A stretch of 64,000 nucleotides of DNA from an uncultured Pseudomonadales bacterium (lineage in GTDB: Bacteria > Patescibacteriota > Microgenomatia > UBA1400 > MFAQ01), in NCBI GenBank assembly GCA_964429015.1, contig CAYSAM010000003.1, positions 6,378-70,377 of the forward strand, in the 5' to 3' direction. This document shows, one piece after another, positions 36,871 to 44,713 of this stretch; position 1 is the stretch's first letter; each line of letters opens with the position of its first letter. Made by a program: the position numbers and the translations under genes. Under the pieces are notes generated by a model. The model worked only from the letters and a program-made list of their open reading frames with translations. It ran no database searches and had not been told where the DNA came from.

Positions 36871-37533
36871 ATGCTCAATCTAAATCCTTTGGTTAATAGT
36901 CTTTTTCTTCACACTGCCGGCTTCCTACCCACCCTTATTGGTGCTGCCGCGCTAATGTTTGCTGGGGTTATTCTTTCCAACTGGCTAAAAAAAGCCGTCA
37001 TCAAACTAGCCATCGCCACCAAAGCTAGTAACCTTACCAAAAATCCAGCCATCCAAGATTTTCTAAACAACGCTCAAGTCACCACAAAAGTCGAGCACAT
37101 CCTTGGTGAAACTGTTCGTATCATTGTCCTTGTGTTCTTTGTTATTGCTACTTGCAACCTTTTAGGTCTCACCTCAGTTAGTCTATTGTTGGGTAGTTTG
37201 CTTTCCATAGTACCTAACCTCTTTGCCGCCTTAGTTATTCTCTTCCTTGGGGTTATTCTTGCTGGATTTTTAGAAAAGTTAGTCAAAGGCTCTCTGGGGG
37301 CAGGAGATCCATCTCTTTCTCGTTTTGCTGGCCGTGTTGTCAGTTATACAACAATGACAATCTTTATCCTCGCAGCTCTCTCACAGCTTGGTATAGCCAG
37401 CTTCTTTATCCAGGTAACCTATATCGGCTTTATCTTAGTTCTCACTTTAGCCTTAGGTTTAGGCTTGGGGTTGGGCTCAAAAGATATCTTCAAAAAAATT
37501 CTCGAAGACTGGTACAAAAAAGTCTCCAAATAG
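36871..37533 (+). CDS. small multi-TM membrane protein (conserved-TM-helix repeats, MscS-N-terminal-like), probably leaderless
   Basis: TATAAT at 36859-36864 lies only 6 nt before the ATG at 36871. The protein is hydrophobic and ends ...KKILEDWYKKVSK. Confidence 0.6.
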   Translation: MLNLNPLVNSLFLHTAGFLPTLIGAAALMFAGVILSNWLKKAVIKLAIATKASNLTKNPAIQDFLNNAQVTTKVEHILGETVRIIVLVFFVIATCNLLGLTSVSLLLGSLLSIVPNLFAALVILFLGVILAGFLEKLVKGSLGAGDPSLSRFAGRVVSYTTMTIFILAALSQLGIASFFIQVTYIGFILVLTLALGLGLGLGSKDIFKKILEDWYKKVSK

Positions 37534-37625
37534 GCACAAAACGTCCCATAGTCTTGACTTTAAGTCCTCTTGATGATACAATTCATCATTCTAATTTCCT
37601 TGTTGCTGTAGTTTAAAAAGAAAGG

Positions 37626-38045
37626 ATGGGTACAATGAGTGTCAGTAAACGCAAGCCATCTTGGATTGGCGTTTTTATCCTGCTAGTTCTCGCACTTATG
37701 TCAGGATATGGTGACTTTAAGTTGGAAAACAGGATCGCCAATCTTAGGCGAGAAGGTGTCCATACCACCGCAAATGTGGTTGGGACTTCATATTTTAAGG
37801 CCAGCCCTTTGACTTCTTGGGTTGAGTTCAAAACCGAGAGCGGCAGCACAATCAACACCTCACTCTACATCGGTCAACTCGCAGAAACCGATCCTGTTGA
37901 GGTTGTCTACGACCCGCTCGACCCCGAGCAGGTCACCTTAGGCAGCGAGGACCGTTTCCCAATAATGTCTGTCCTTGCAGTAGCTCTCATATTTCTCTGC
38001 TTTTTTGAGATATTTGCTGGACTAGAAAATTTGCCAAGCCGGTAA
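37626..38045 (+). CDS. hypothetical membrane-anchored protein (TM - ~90-aa domain - TM; DUF3592-like architecture)
   Basis: SD AAAGGATGGG; 139 aa; flanked by a duplicated host-gene 3' end. Confidence 0.5.
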   Translation: MGTMSVSKRKPSWIGVFILLVLALMSGYGDFKLENRIANLRREGVHTTANVVGTSYFKASPLTSWVEFKTESGSTINTSLYIGQLAETDPVEVVYDPLDPEQVTLGSEDRFPIMSVLAVALIFLCFFEIFAGLENLPSR

Positions 38046-38061
38046 CCAACCCGGCTTTTTT
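38038..38061 (+). terminator. rho-independent terminator
   Basis: GCCGG-TAACCAAC-CCGGC followed by TTTTTT. Confidence 0.75.
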
Positions 38062-38063
38062 GT

Positions 38064-38107
38064 CGCAAAAAATCCTCGAGGACTGGTACAAAAAAGTAAG
38101 CAAGTAA
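38064..38107 (+). repeat. diverged duplicate of the 3' end of the 36871..37533 gene (encodes KILEDWYKKVSK*)
   Basis: About 88% identical to 37492-37533 over ~40 bp, including the stop codon. Confidence 0.8.
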
Positions 38108-38110
38108 AAG

Positions 38111-38917
38111 CTAGTTCTTCATCTCAGACATAAACAACTCAAGTTTTTTGACGCCCATATCGAGTTCGGCCATATTTCCCTCCCAGACATAATAAGGAAA
38201 CTGGTATTTCCCCTTTTTAACTAGTCTGGTTTTCTCAAAAACATTTTTGTTGACCATTGGACCCTTTTCAGTCTGAATAAGTCTAGAGCTAGATCTAGTA
38301 AGTTGAAGAGTCATACTCCGAACATCAATATGTAGTTTTACAACTGGAACCATTTTTTCCGCGTTTTCAGTTTTTGGAAACAGATATATTATCCCATTTT
38401 TCAAAAAACCATTCTCAACACCATCAAAGCCAGGCAGGACCGCTTTAATGCTAGATAAAACTTCTTCAGTTATGGTTTTTTCCAGTTGCTCCTTCTTTCT
38501 TTTTGTAAACTCTATCTCAGCTCTAATTTCTTGAGATTTTTCTACAAAAAATCTACTACTCTCCAATTCAGTTATCGCTTTAAAAATCATATTGTAACCA
38601 CCACCTTCCAAGTTGGCGTTTGTATATCCTTCAGATTTTCTTTCAGGCAGTAAAAGCCCTTCCACTGTTTTGTCAAGTTCTATTGGAAGACTATATATAC
38701 CGTCGAAGCCCACCGAAAGCAAAACATGCTTTGATCCAATTCTTGTTTCTGTAACATTTATTCTTCCAGAAATTAAATTTTCCACATCTACCACCTTCTC
38801 GTAGCACTTATAAGGTGAATGTTTTTTGTCTTCTTCTTGTAGTTTATAGCCAAGTCTTGCCATCAGTTCACTTAAACTTCTAATTTGTTTTTCACTTTCT
38901 CTACTTTCTGTCGACAT
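38111..38917 (-). CDS. hypothetical protein (268 aa)
   Basis: Long ORF with no recognisable motif. Confidence 0.5.
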   Translation of the reverse strand: MSTESRESEKQIRSLSELMARLGYKLQEEDKKHSPYKCYEKVVDVENLISGRINVTETRIGSKHVLLSVGFDGIYSLPIELDKTVEGLLLPERKSEGYTNANLEGGGYNMIFKAITELESSRFFVEKSQEIRAEIEFTKRKKEQLEKTITEEVLSSIKAVLPGFDGVENGFLKNGIIYLFPKTENAEKMVPVVKLHIDVRSMTLQLTRSSSRLIQTEKGPMVNKNVFEKTRLVKKGKYQFPYYVWEGNMAELDMGVKKLELFMSEMKN

Positions 38918-38954
38918 AAGTTATTATAAACTTTATAGCTTCTCTATCCGCTCG

Positions 38955-38985
38955 CAAAAAATCCCGAACAAGTCGGGACTTTTTG
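38955..38985. terminator. bidirectional rho-independent terminator
   Basis: AAAAAA-TCCCGA-ACAAG-TCGGGA-CTTTTTG. Confidence 0.75.
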
Positions 38986-39011
38986 ACGAAAACAAATAAA
39001 ATTATTTGGCT

Positions 39012-39152
39012 CCGATTTTGAACATCTTAGTTCCACAGGCTGGGCAGACAGCTTTAACGGCTGGCTTACCATTCTTCATGGTAACTTGCTCAAATTTCTC
39101 AACCTCTTTTTTTGCTCTACATTTTACACAATAGATTTGCATTTACTTAGTT
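39012..39152 (-). CDS. small Cys4 zinc-ribbon protein (46 aa; absent from the ORF track)
   Basis: MQIYCVKCRAKKEVEKFEQVTMKNGKPAVKAVCPACGTKMFKIGAK; SD AGGGGGTG upstream; terminator downstream. Confidence 0.6.
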
Positions 39153-39176
39153 CACCCCCTTTCTTTTTGTTAGTGC

Positions 39177-39404
39177 CTAGGATAAATAATGCCACAAGGC
39201 TAATTCTAAGGCTAGAACAAGCATAGTGAGCACAAATGTCTTTGTCAAGTCTGCCTTAAAATACCCAGTATCTACTTTGATCTCTTTAGATACATTTTTA
39301 TCTGCTTCCGGCGTTTTTAGCCACTCAGATTTAATTTGAAACCCGGCTTTTCTTTCTACTGTTTTAAGTTTTTGGCTTTTTGTTCTACGCATTTTTTTGG
39401 TCAT
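39177..39404 (-). CDS. hypothetical small protein with C-terminal TM (75 aa)
   Basis: Basic N-terminus, hydrophobic C-terminus; weak translation signals. Confidence 0.3.
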   Translation of the reverse strand: MTKKMRRTKSQKLKTVERKAGFQIKSEWLKTPEADKNVSKEIKVDTGYFKADLTKTFVLTMLVLALELALWHYLS

Positions 39405-39437
39405 ATTCAAGCTAAATTGTATAGTAAAATTTAATCT

Positions 39438-39890
39438 ATGTCAGTTGAACAAATACTACTTGGTATCTTAACTATTTGGTTGATCGCTATAACCTACCTC
39501 TATTACAGACTTCAAAGTCACTACTCAAAACTCACAGCCGATGTTTCCAAAAAGGATTTAATCAGTAGTCTTAACCAACTTATTTCAGTTTCTGTTGAAA
39601 ATAGCGAATCTCTCAAAAATCTTTCTGAAAAACTAAAATCTGAAATAGAAGAGAATAAAAAACACCTCCAAAAGATAGGCTTTAATCGCTACAATCCATT
39701 TACAGACACTGGGGGAGACCAAAGCTTTTCTCTAAGTTTGCTAGATGAAAATGGTGATGGAATTGTGATAAGCTCTTTACATAGTCGAGAAAATACCCGC
39801 CTCTACGCCAAAAAGGTCGTTAACGGTAAAGTAGAAAATCAAGCCACCTCGGCAGAAGAAGTATTAGTTATAAAAGAAGCTCTTAAGTAA
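39438..39890 (+). CDS. DUF4446-family protein
   Basis: N-terminal TM; ...IGFNRYNPFTDTGGDQSFSLSLLDENGDGIVISSLHSRENTRLYAK... Confidence 0.7.
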   Translation: MSVEQILLGILTIWLIAITYLYYRLQSHYSKLTADVSKKDLISSLNQLISVSVENSESLKNLSEKLKSEIEENKKHLQKIGFNRYNPFTDTGGDQSFSLSLLDENGDGIVISSLHSRENTRLYAKKVVNGKVENQATSAEEVLVIKEALK

Positions 39891-39893
39891 ACA

Positions 39894-41108
39894 ATGGACC
39901 AAAATAAATTTCCAAATATCAAAAGTATATTAGTTTTAACCTTGGCATTCGCCATTTCTTTCGGTTTAACTTACATTTTTCTTCCGGTAAGCAAGGGAAG
40001 CTTAGTTTCTCCAAAAGCAGAACTAGAAAAAAATAGAGTTACTGCTGGATTCAATCAATTTGCCAATCAACCAAAAACAGAAACTTGTCCCATAAACGGA
40101 GCCCTTTTTAGTAAAGAAGAAAAAGCTCTCTGGGAACAAAAAAGACCAATTCTTACAATGATCGAAAACTCACTAGACGCAAGGCCACAATCAGGCTTAG
40201 GTTCATCAGACGTTGTCTATGAAGCTGTTGCTGAAGGCGGTATTACTCGCTTTATGGGTGTCTTTTATTGTGGAGCTCAAGCTGACAAACTTGCCGTCGG
40301 TCCTGTTCGCAGTGCACGCATTTATTTTGTAAACATAGCTGCTGAGTACAATACTCCTGTCTACATGCACGTCGGCGGTGGTAACTGCAGCCGTGACGAA
40401 GCCAGTGGTCAATGCACCTCAAACAAAAAAGCTTGGGCCTTGGAAGAACTACAAAAACTAGGCTGGAGAAAGCCAGGAGGTAATGACTTCGATACTATTG
40501 GTGATATTGGCAAGCCAGTGCTTTATAGAGATGAAGACCGACTTGGTCGTGACGTTGCCACCGAACATACTATGATGGGTTCCTTACCAGATGCGTGGCG
40601 TCAAGCCGCCAAGCGCGGATACACCAGCCAATCAGCTGATGGAAAAACTACATGGGTCGCTGGTTTCAAGCCATGGAAAATCGGCACTCCAGATACTGCA
40701 AAATCCACTCCAGCCACCACAATCAACTACGATTTCTGGCAAAACTATCCAGACTTTGCTGTAACTTGGAAGTACGATGCAGCTACAAAAACCTATTTAA
40801 GATCACAAGGCTCAACTGCTCACATCGATCACGATACCAAAAAACAGTTATCAGCAACTAACATCATTGTTCAGTTTGCCAAACAAGAAGGTCCCTTGGA
40901 TGATCACAAACATATGTTCTATAACGTCATAGGTGAAGGCACTGGTATCTACTTCAACAACGGTGTTGCTCAAGATATCAAATGGAAAAAAGCAAAACAG
41001 TTAGACCGCACTATCTTCACAGACACAGCGGGAAAAGAGATTGTCTTTTCTCCAGGTCAGTTTTGGGTAAGTATTTTACCCATCGGCAACAAAGTCATAT
41101 ATAATTAA
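39894..41108 (+). CDS. DUF3048 (YerB-like) exported protein
   Basis: ...ENSLDARPQSGLGSSDVVYEAVAEGGITRFMGVFY... Confidence 0.7.
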   Translation: MDQNKFPNIKSILVLTLAFAISFGLTYIFLPVSKGSLVSPKAELEKNRVTAGFNQFANQPKTETCPINGALFSKEEKALWEQKRPILTMIENSLDARPQSGLGSSDVVYEAVAEGGITRFMGVFYCGAQADKLAVGPVRSARIYFVNIAAEYNTPVYMHVGGGNCSRDEASGQCTSNKKAWALEELQKLGWRKPGGNDFDTIGDIGKPVLYRDEDRLGRDVATEHTMMGSLPDAWRQAAKRGYTSQSADGKTTWVAGFKPWKIGTPDTAKSTPATTINYDFWQNYPDFAVTWKYDAATKTYLRSQGSTAHIDHDTKKQLSATNIIVQFAKQEGPLDDHKHMFYNVIGEGTGIYFNNGVAQDIKWKKAKQLDRTIFTDTAGKEIVFSPGQFWVSILPIGNKVIYN

Positions 41109-41140
41109 GCCGAAGCTGCAGAAATGCAAGCAAAAAATAT

Positions 41141-41722
41141 ATGGCCAAGCTTTCTGATTTAATAATATCTAAGGTTCGTGTTAAACTTCTAAAAATATTT
41201 TTAGGCAACGCAAAGGGTCTTTACTATGTTCGTGAGTTGACCAGAATGACCAAGGAAGAAATAAACGCTATCAGAAGGGAGTTAGATAATTTGCTAAAAT
41301 CTGGTTTACTGCAAAGTGAAAAGCGTGGTAATCGTCTTTACTACTCTGTAAAAACAAGTTATAGCCTATACCCAGAACTTGTCAGTTTAGTAACCAAATC
41401 TACAGGTCTAGGAAAGTTAGTTGCCAAAAATCGTAGCAAGTTAGGATTTGTAAAATTTCTCTTTGTTTCCCAACGCCTAGCAAGAGGCTTGGAAAGACAG
41501 CCAGAAGATATCGATCTCTTAATCGTGGGAAAAGTTATCATGCCTCAGGTGGCACTTCTTATAAAAAATATAGAAAAGATTTTAAGTAGCGAAATAAACT
41601 ATTCCTGTATGACTGAGGAGGAGTTTTCTTATCGCAAAAATCACCAAGATCCATTTATTGTCAAAATCTTACTTCAGCCAAAAATAATGCTTATTGGTGA
41701 TGAAATAAACCTTCAAAACTAA
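41141..41722 (+). CDS. winged-HTH plus nucleotidyltransferase-domain protein
   Basis: N-terminal HTH-like segment; C-terminal ...RQPEDIDLLIVGKV..., a minimal NTase signature. Confidence 0.5.
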   Translation: MAKLSDLIISKVRVKLLKIFLGNAKGLYYVRELTRMTKEEINAIRRELDNLLKSGLLQSEKRGNRLYYSVKTSYSLYPELVSLVTKSTGLGKLVAKNRSKLGFVKFLFVSQRLARGLERQPEDIDLLIVGKVIMPQVALLIKNIEKILSSEINYSCMTEEEFSYRKNHQDPFIVKILLQPKIMLIGDEINLQN

Positions 41723-41922
41723 TGCCCAAACAAAAAATAATCCGTATTGGTAACTCGCTTGGACTTACTCTCCCGTCTCGCTTTGTTCAAAATCTTTCTC
41801 TAAAAATAGGCGATAGTATAGATCTTAAATATCACAGTGATGACTCACTAATACTTTCTTTTCCGGACAACTCGCAGCTAACACTTCTGCCAAATTCCAC
41901 AAAAAACAATAACAATAGGTAA
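41722..41922 (+). CDS. AbrB/MazE (SpoVT-AbrB, looped-hinge helix) antitoxin-like protein
   Basis: ...IIRIGNSLGLTLPSRFVQNLSLKIGDSIDL...; start overlaps the upstream stop (TAATG). Confidence 0.6.
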   Translation: MPKQKIIRIGNSLGLTLPSRFVQNLSLKIGDSIDLKYHSDDSLILSFPDNSQLTLLPNSTKNNNNR

Positions 41923-41934
41923 TATAATTTTGCT

Positions 41935-43281
41935 ATGACTTTTTCCAAACCCACCAAAGTTTTTTTCTTCCTTATTTTCCTTACTATATTTTCTCTCTAC
42001 ATTGCTCTGCCTGCAAAAATTGGCAAGTACCAAATTCCCAGATTAAACTTTAAGTTAGGAAAACTTGATCTTTCCAAAGAAATAGAGATAAAACAAGGTT
42101 TAGATATAAAAGGTGGAGTACAAGTTACCTTAGCAACTGACACATCAAAAATCCCAGAAGATCAAAAAAAAGATGCCATCGACTCTCTAAAAGATGTCGT
42201 TGGTAGGAGAATAGATCTCTATGGAGTCACAGAAGTTTCATTAAAAACACTTCAAAATGGCAAAGATTATCGTTTGGTTCTCGAGCTACCTGGGGTAACA
42301 GATTCTCAAGAGGCTCTAAATTTACTTGGTCAAACAGCCAAAATGGAGTTTGCCCTACCTATTTTTTCAGCTTCACCGTCAGCAACAGAGTCCGCTCAGC
42401 TCATTGGCTTTGAACCCACCGATCTTTCAGGTTCAGATCTAAAAAAAGCCCAGGTTACTTTTCAAACAGACGATCGCTTGCCCGCAGTATCTCTTGAGTT
42501 TAGTGAACAAGGTCGCCAAAAATTCGCCAAAATAACCAAAGACAATTTGGGTAAACAAGTGGCAATTCTTCTAGATGGTTATCCGCTCACTATGCCTACA
42601 GTTCAAACTGAAATTAGGGATGGTAATGCAATTATTACTGGTAGTTTTACTGTCGACGAGGCCAAATCATTGGCAATAAAACTAAATGCTGGTGCTCTGC
42701 CGGTTCCAATTAGTGTCTTAAGTCAAAAAAATATTCCTGCGACTCTTGGTGCAGAATCTATCCAAAAGAGCCTTCTGGCGGGCGGTATTGGCCTAGCTAT
42801 GGTCATTATTTTTATGGTTCTAAACTACGGCAAAATGGGTTTGATTGCCTCTGTTGGATTAACTTTATATGGTTTATTTACTATTGTTCTGTATAAGCTA
42901 ATTCCCGTCGTTTTAAGTTTGCCAGGTATTGCCGGTTTTCTACTTTCGGTGGGTATGGCTGTTGATAGCAACATTTTAGTTTTTGAACGCTACAAGGAAG
43001 AGATTAGGAGTGGTCGTTCTTGGCAAGTAGCTCTAGAGCTCGCCTTTGGTCGTGCCTGGGATTCTATTAAGGACGCCAACACTGCTACCATCATCACAGG
43101 CTTAATTCTTTTTAATCCGCTGAATTGGAACTTTTTAAACACTTCTGGTTCTGTCAGAGGTTTTGCTCTAACTCTTATATTAGGAATCTTCATTTCCCTT
43201 TTTACTGGCATCGTTGTAACAAGAAACCTCCTCCGCCTATTTTTCAAAGGCAAGACGTTGTCATTACGAAAAACAAAGTGA
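41935..43281 (+). CDS. secD: protein translocase subunit SecD
   Basis: ...GLDIKGGVQVTLA...; 6-TM C-terminal domain. Confidence 0.9.
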   Translation: MTFSKPTKVFFFLIFLTIFSLYIALPAKIGKYQIPRLNFKLGKLDLSKEIEIKQGLDIKGGVQVTLATDTSKIPEDQKKDAIDSLKDVVGRRIDLYGVTEVSLKTLQNGKDYRLVLELPGVTDSQEALNLLGQTAKMEFALPIFSASPSATESAQLIGFEPTDLSGSDLKKAQVTFQTDDRLPAVSLEFSEQGRQKFAKITKDNLGKQVAILLDGYPLTMPTVQTEIRDGNAIITGSFTVDEAKSLAIKLNAGALPVPISVLSQKNIPATLGAESIQKSLLAGGIGLAMVIIFMVLNYGKMGLIASVGLTLYGLFTIVLYKLIPVVLSLPGIAGFLLSVGMAVDSNILVFERYKEEIRSGRSWQVALELAFGRAWDSIKDANTATIITGLILFNPLNWNFLNTSGSVRGFALTLILGIFISLFTGIVVTRNLLRLFFKGKTLSLRKTK

Positions 43282-43293
43282 CGCGGCAATCTA
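43257..43293. repeat. family-1 repeat variant overlapping the secD 3' end
   Basis: GTTGTCATTACGAAAAACAAAGTGACGCGGCAATCTA. Confidence 0.6.
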
Positions 43294-43322
43294 TATAAAT
43301 AAAAAAAACACATCAAAAAAAC

Positions 43323-44183
43323 ATGAACTGGATGAAGCACCTCTCCCTCTACTTTTTACTTTCAGCGCTAATAATTATTCCCGGAACCTATTCCTTAACT
43401 AAATACGGCTTTAAACTTTCAATTGAGTTTACTGGTGGAACCTTGGCTAGTTTTAACATTGAAGACAGTAAAAAAAACAATTTAGTCCAGTCTTTAAATG
43501 CATACAACCCGCAAACCGAAAATAACATTCCAGGTCACATTACCCTCAAGCTCAAAGAAATTTCCGAAAAAGATCTTTTGCAAATTATGCAAAAAACCAG
43601 CACTTTAAGTGCAGAGATAAATCTTAGTAGTTTTGAAACAGTCGGACCTGTTCTCGGTCAAGAAACTCTCAAAAAAACTCTTAATGCCTTAGCTATTTCT
43701 TCTTTGCTTTTGCTTATATATATAAGCAGTGCTTTTAAACAATTTAAATATGGTGTTAGCGCCATTATCGCCATGTTGCACGATACTGTAGTTCTTCTAG
43801 GATCTTTTTCCCTTCTAGGGCACTTTTATGGTATCGAAGTTGACTTGCTTTTTGTAACTGCCGTTCTCACTATTCTTTCATTTTCTGTTCACGATACTAT
43901 TGTTGTTTATGACCGTATTAGAGAGTTAAGTCACAAGGTAAAAGGCGTATCTTTTGTAGATCTTGTCAACCAAGCTGTTTCTGAAACCATGGTCCGTTCC
44001 CTGAACAACTCCTTAACTATTATTTTTATGCTTATCGCCATGTTCCTAATTGGGGGAGAGTCCACCAAATATTTTTCCTTAGCTCTGTTAATCGGTACCA
44101 TTACCGGAACTTACTCTAGTACTTTCACCGCCGCTCCACTCCTTGTTGTTTGGAATAAATTATTCGAAAAAAATAAAAAATAG
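43323..44183 (+). CDS. secF: protein translocase subunit SecF
   Basis: ...IEFTGGTLASFNIE...; 6 TM. Confidence 0.9.
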   Translation: MNWMKHLSLYFLLSALIIIPGTYSLTKYGFKLSIEFTGGTLASFNIEDSKKNNLVQSLNAYNPQTENNIPGHITLKLKEISEKDLLQIMQKTSTLSAEINLSSFETVGPVLGQETLKKTLNALAISSLLLLIYISSAFKQFKYGVSAIIAMLHDTVVLLGSFSLLGHFYGIEVDLLFVTAVLTILSFSVHDTIVVYDRIRELSHKVKGVSFVDLVNQAVSETMVRSLNNSLTIIFMLIAMFLIGGESTKYFSLALLIGTITGTYSSTFTAAPLLVVWNKLFEKNKK

Positions 44184-44631
44184 GCACTCAATCAGGTTAC
44201 CTGGTTATGATTACTCACAAAGTGGGTGGTATTTTGTCACCATTTGTTCATATAAACACGAATGTATTTTTGGGGAAATTGTTGACGGAGAAATGAAATT
44301 AAACGAAATTGGGAAAAACGTGGAACAAAAAATTTTGGAAATGCCAAAGTATTATGGAATAAAAATTGATTGTTTTTGCGTTATGCCAAATCATATACAT
44401 GTTGTTATGGTTATTCCCAACCGTTCGACAATAATAGGGCAGGCGCAGGGGCCTGCCCCTACCATTGGTGAATATGTTAAACGTTTAAAAACCATTACGA
44501 CCAAAAAACAAAAAATGTGGCAACGCAATTATTATGAACATATCGTTCGTGATGATGTGGACATCTCTCGAATTCGTGAATATGTTAATTCAAATGTAAA
44601 AAATTGGATAATTGATAAATTAAATGCGTAG
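44143..44631 (+). CDS. REP-associated tyrosine transposase (RAYT, IS200/IS605 TnpA-like HuH)
   Basis: ...LPGYDYSQSGWYFVTICS...VMPNHIHVVM (HuH)...RNYYEHIVR (catalytic Tyr). No in-frame ATG downstream of the secF stop, so the start is uncertain (41-nt overlap with secF, or a non-canonical start). Confidence 0.75.
   Translation: MLFGINYSKKIKNRHSIRLPGYDYSQSGWYFVTICSYKHECIFGEIVDGEMKLNEIGKNVEQKILEMPKYYGIKIDCFCVMPNHIHVVMVIPNRSTIIGQAQGPAPTIGEYVKRLKTITTKKQKMWQRNYYEHIVRDDVDISRIREYVNSNVKNWIIDKLNA
44437..44466. repeat. REP-like palindrome inside the RAYT CDS
   Basis: GGGCAGGC-GCAGGG-GCCTGCCC. Confidence 0.6.
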
Positions 44632-44705
44632 GGGCAGGCCCCCGTGCCTGCCCTTGTATATCCCCCATGCCTGCCCTTGTATATCCCCCATGCCTGCCCT
44701 TGAAC
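44628..44705. repeat. REP cluster downstream of RAYT: full palindrome GGGGCAGGCCCCCGTGCCTGCCC plus two tandem 23-bp half-site repeats (CCCATGCCTGCCCTTGTATATCC)
   Basis: Same family as 25749-25779. Confidence 0.8.
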
Positions 44706-44713
44706 TGCCCCCG

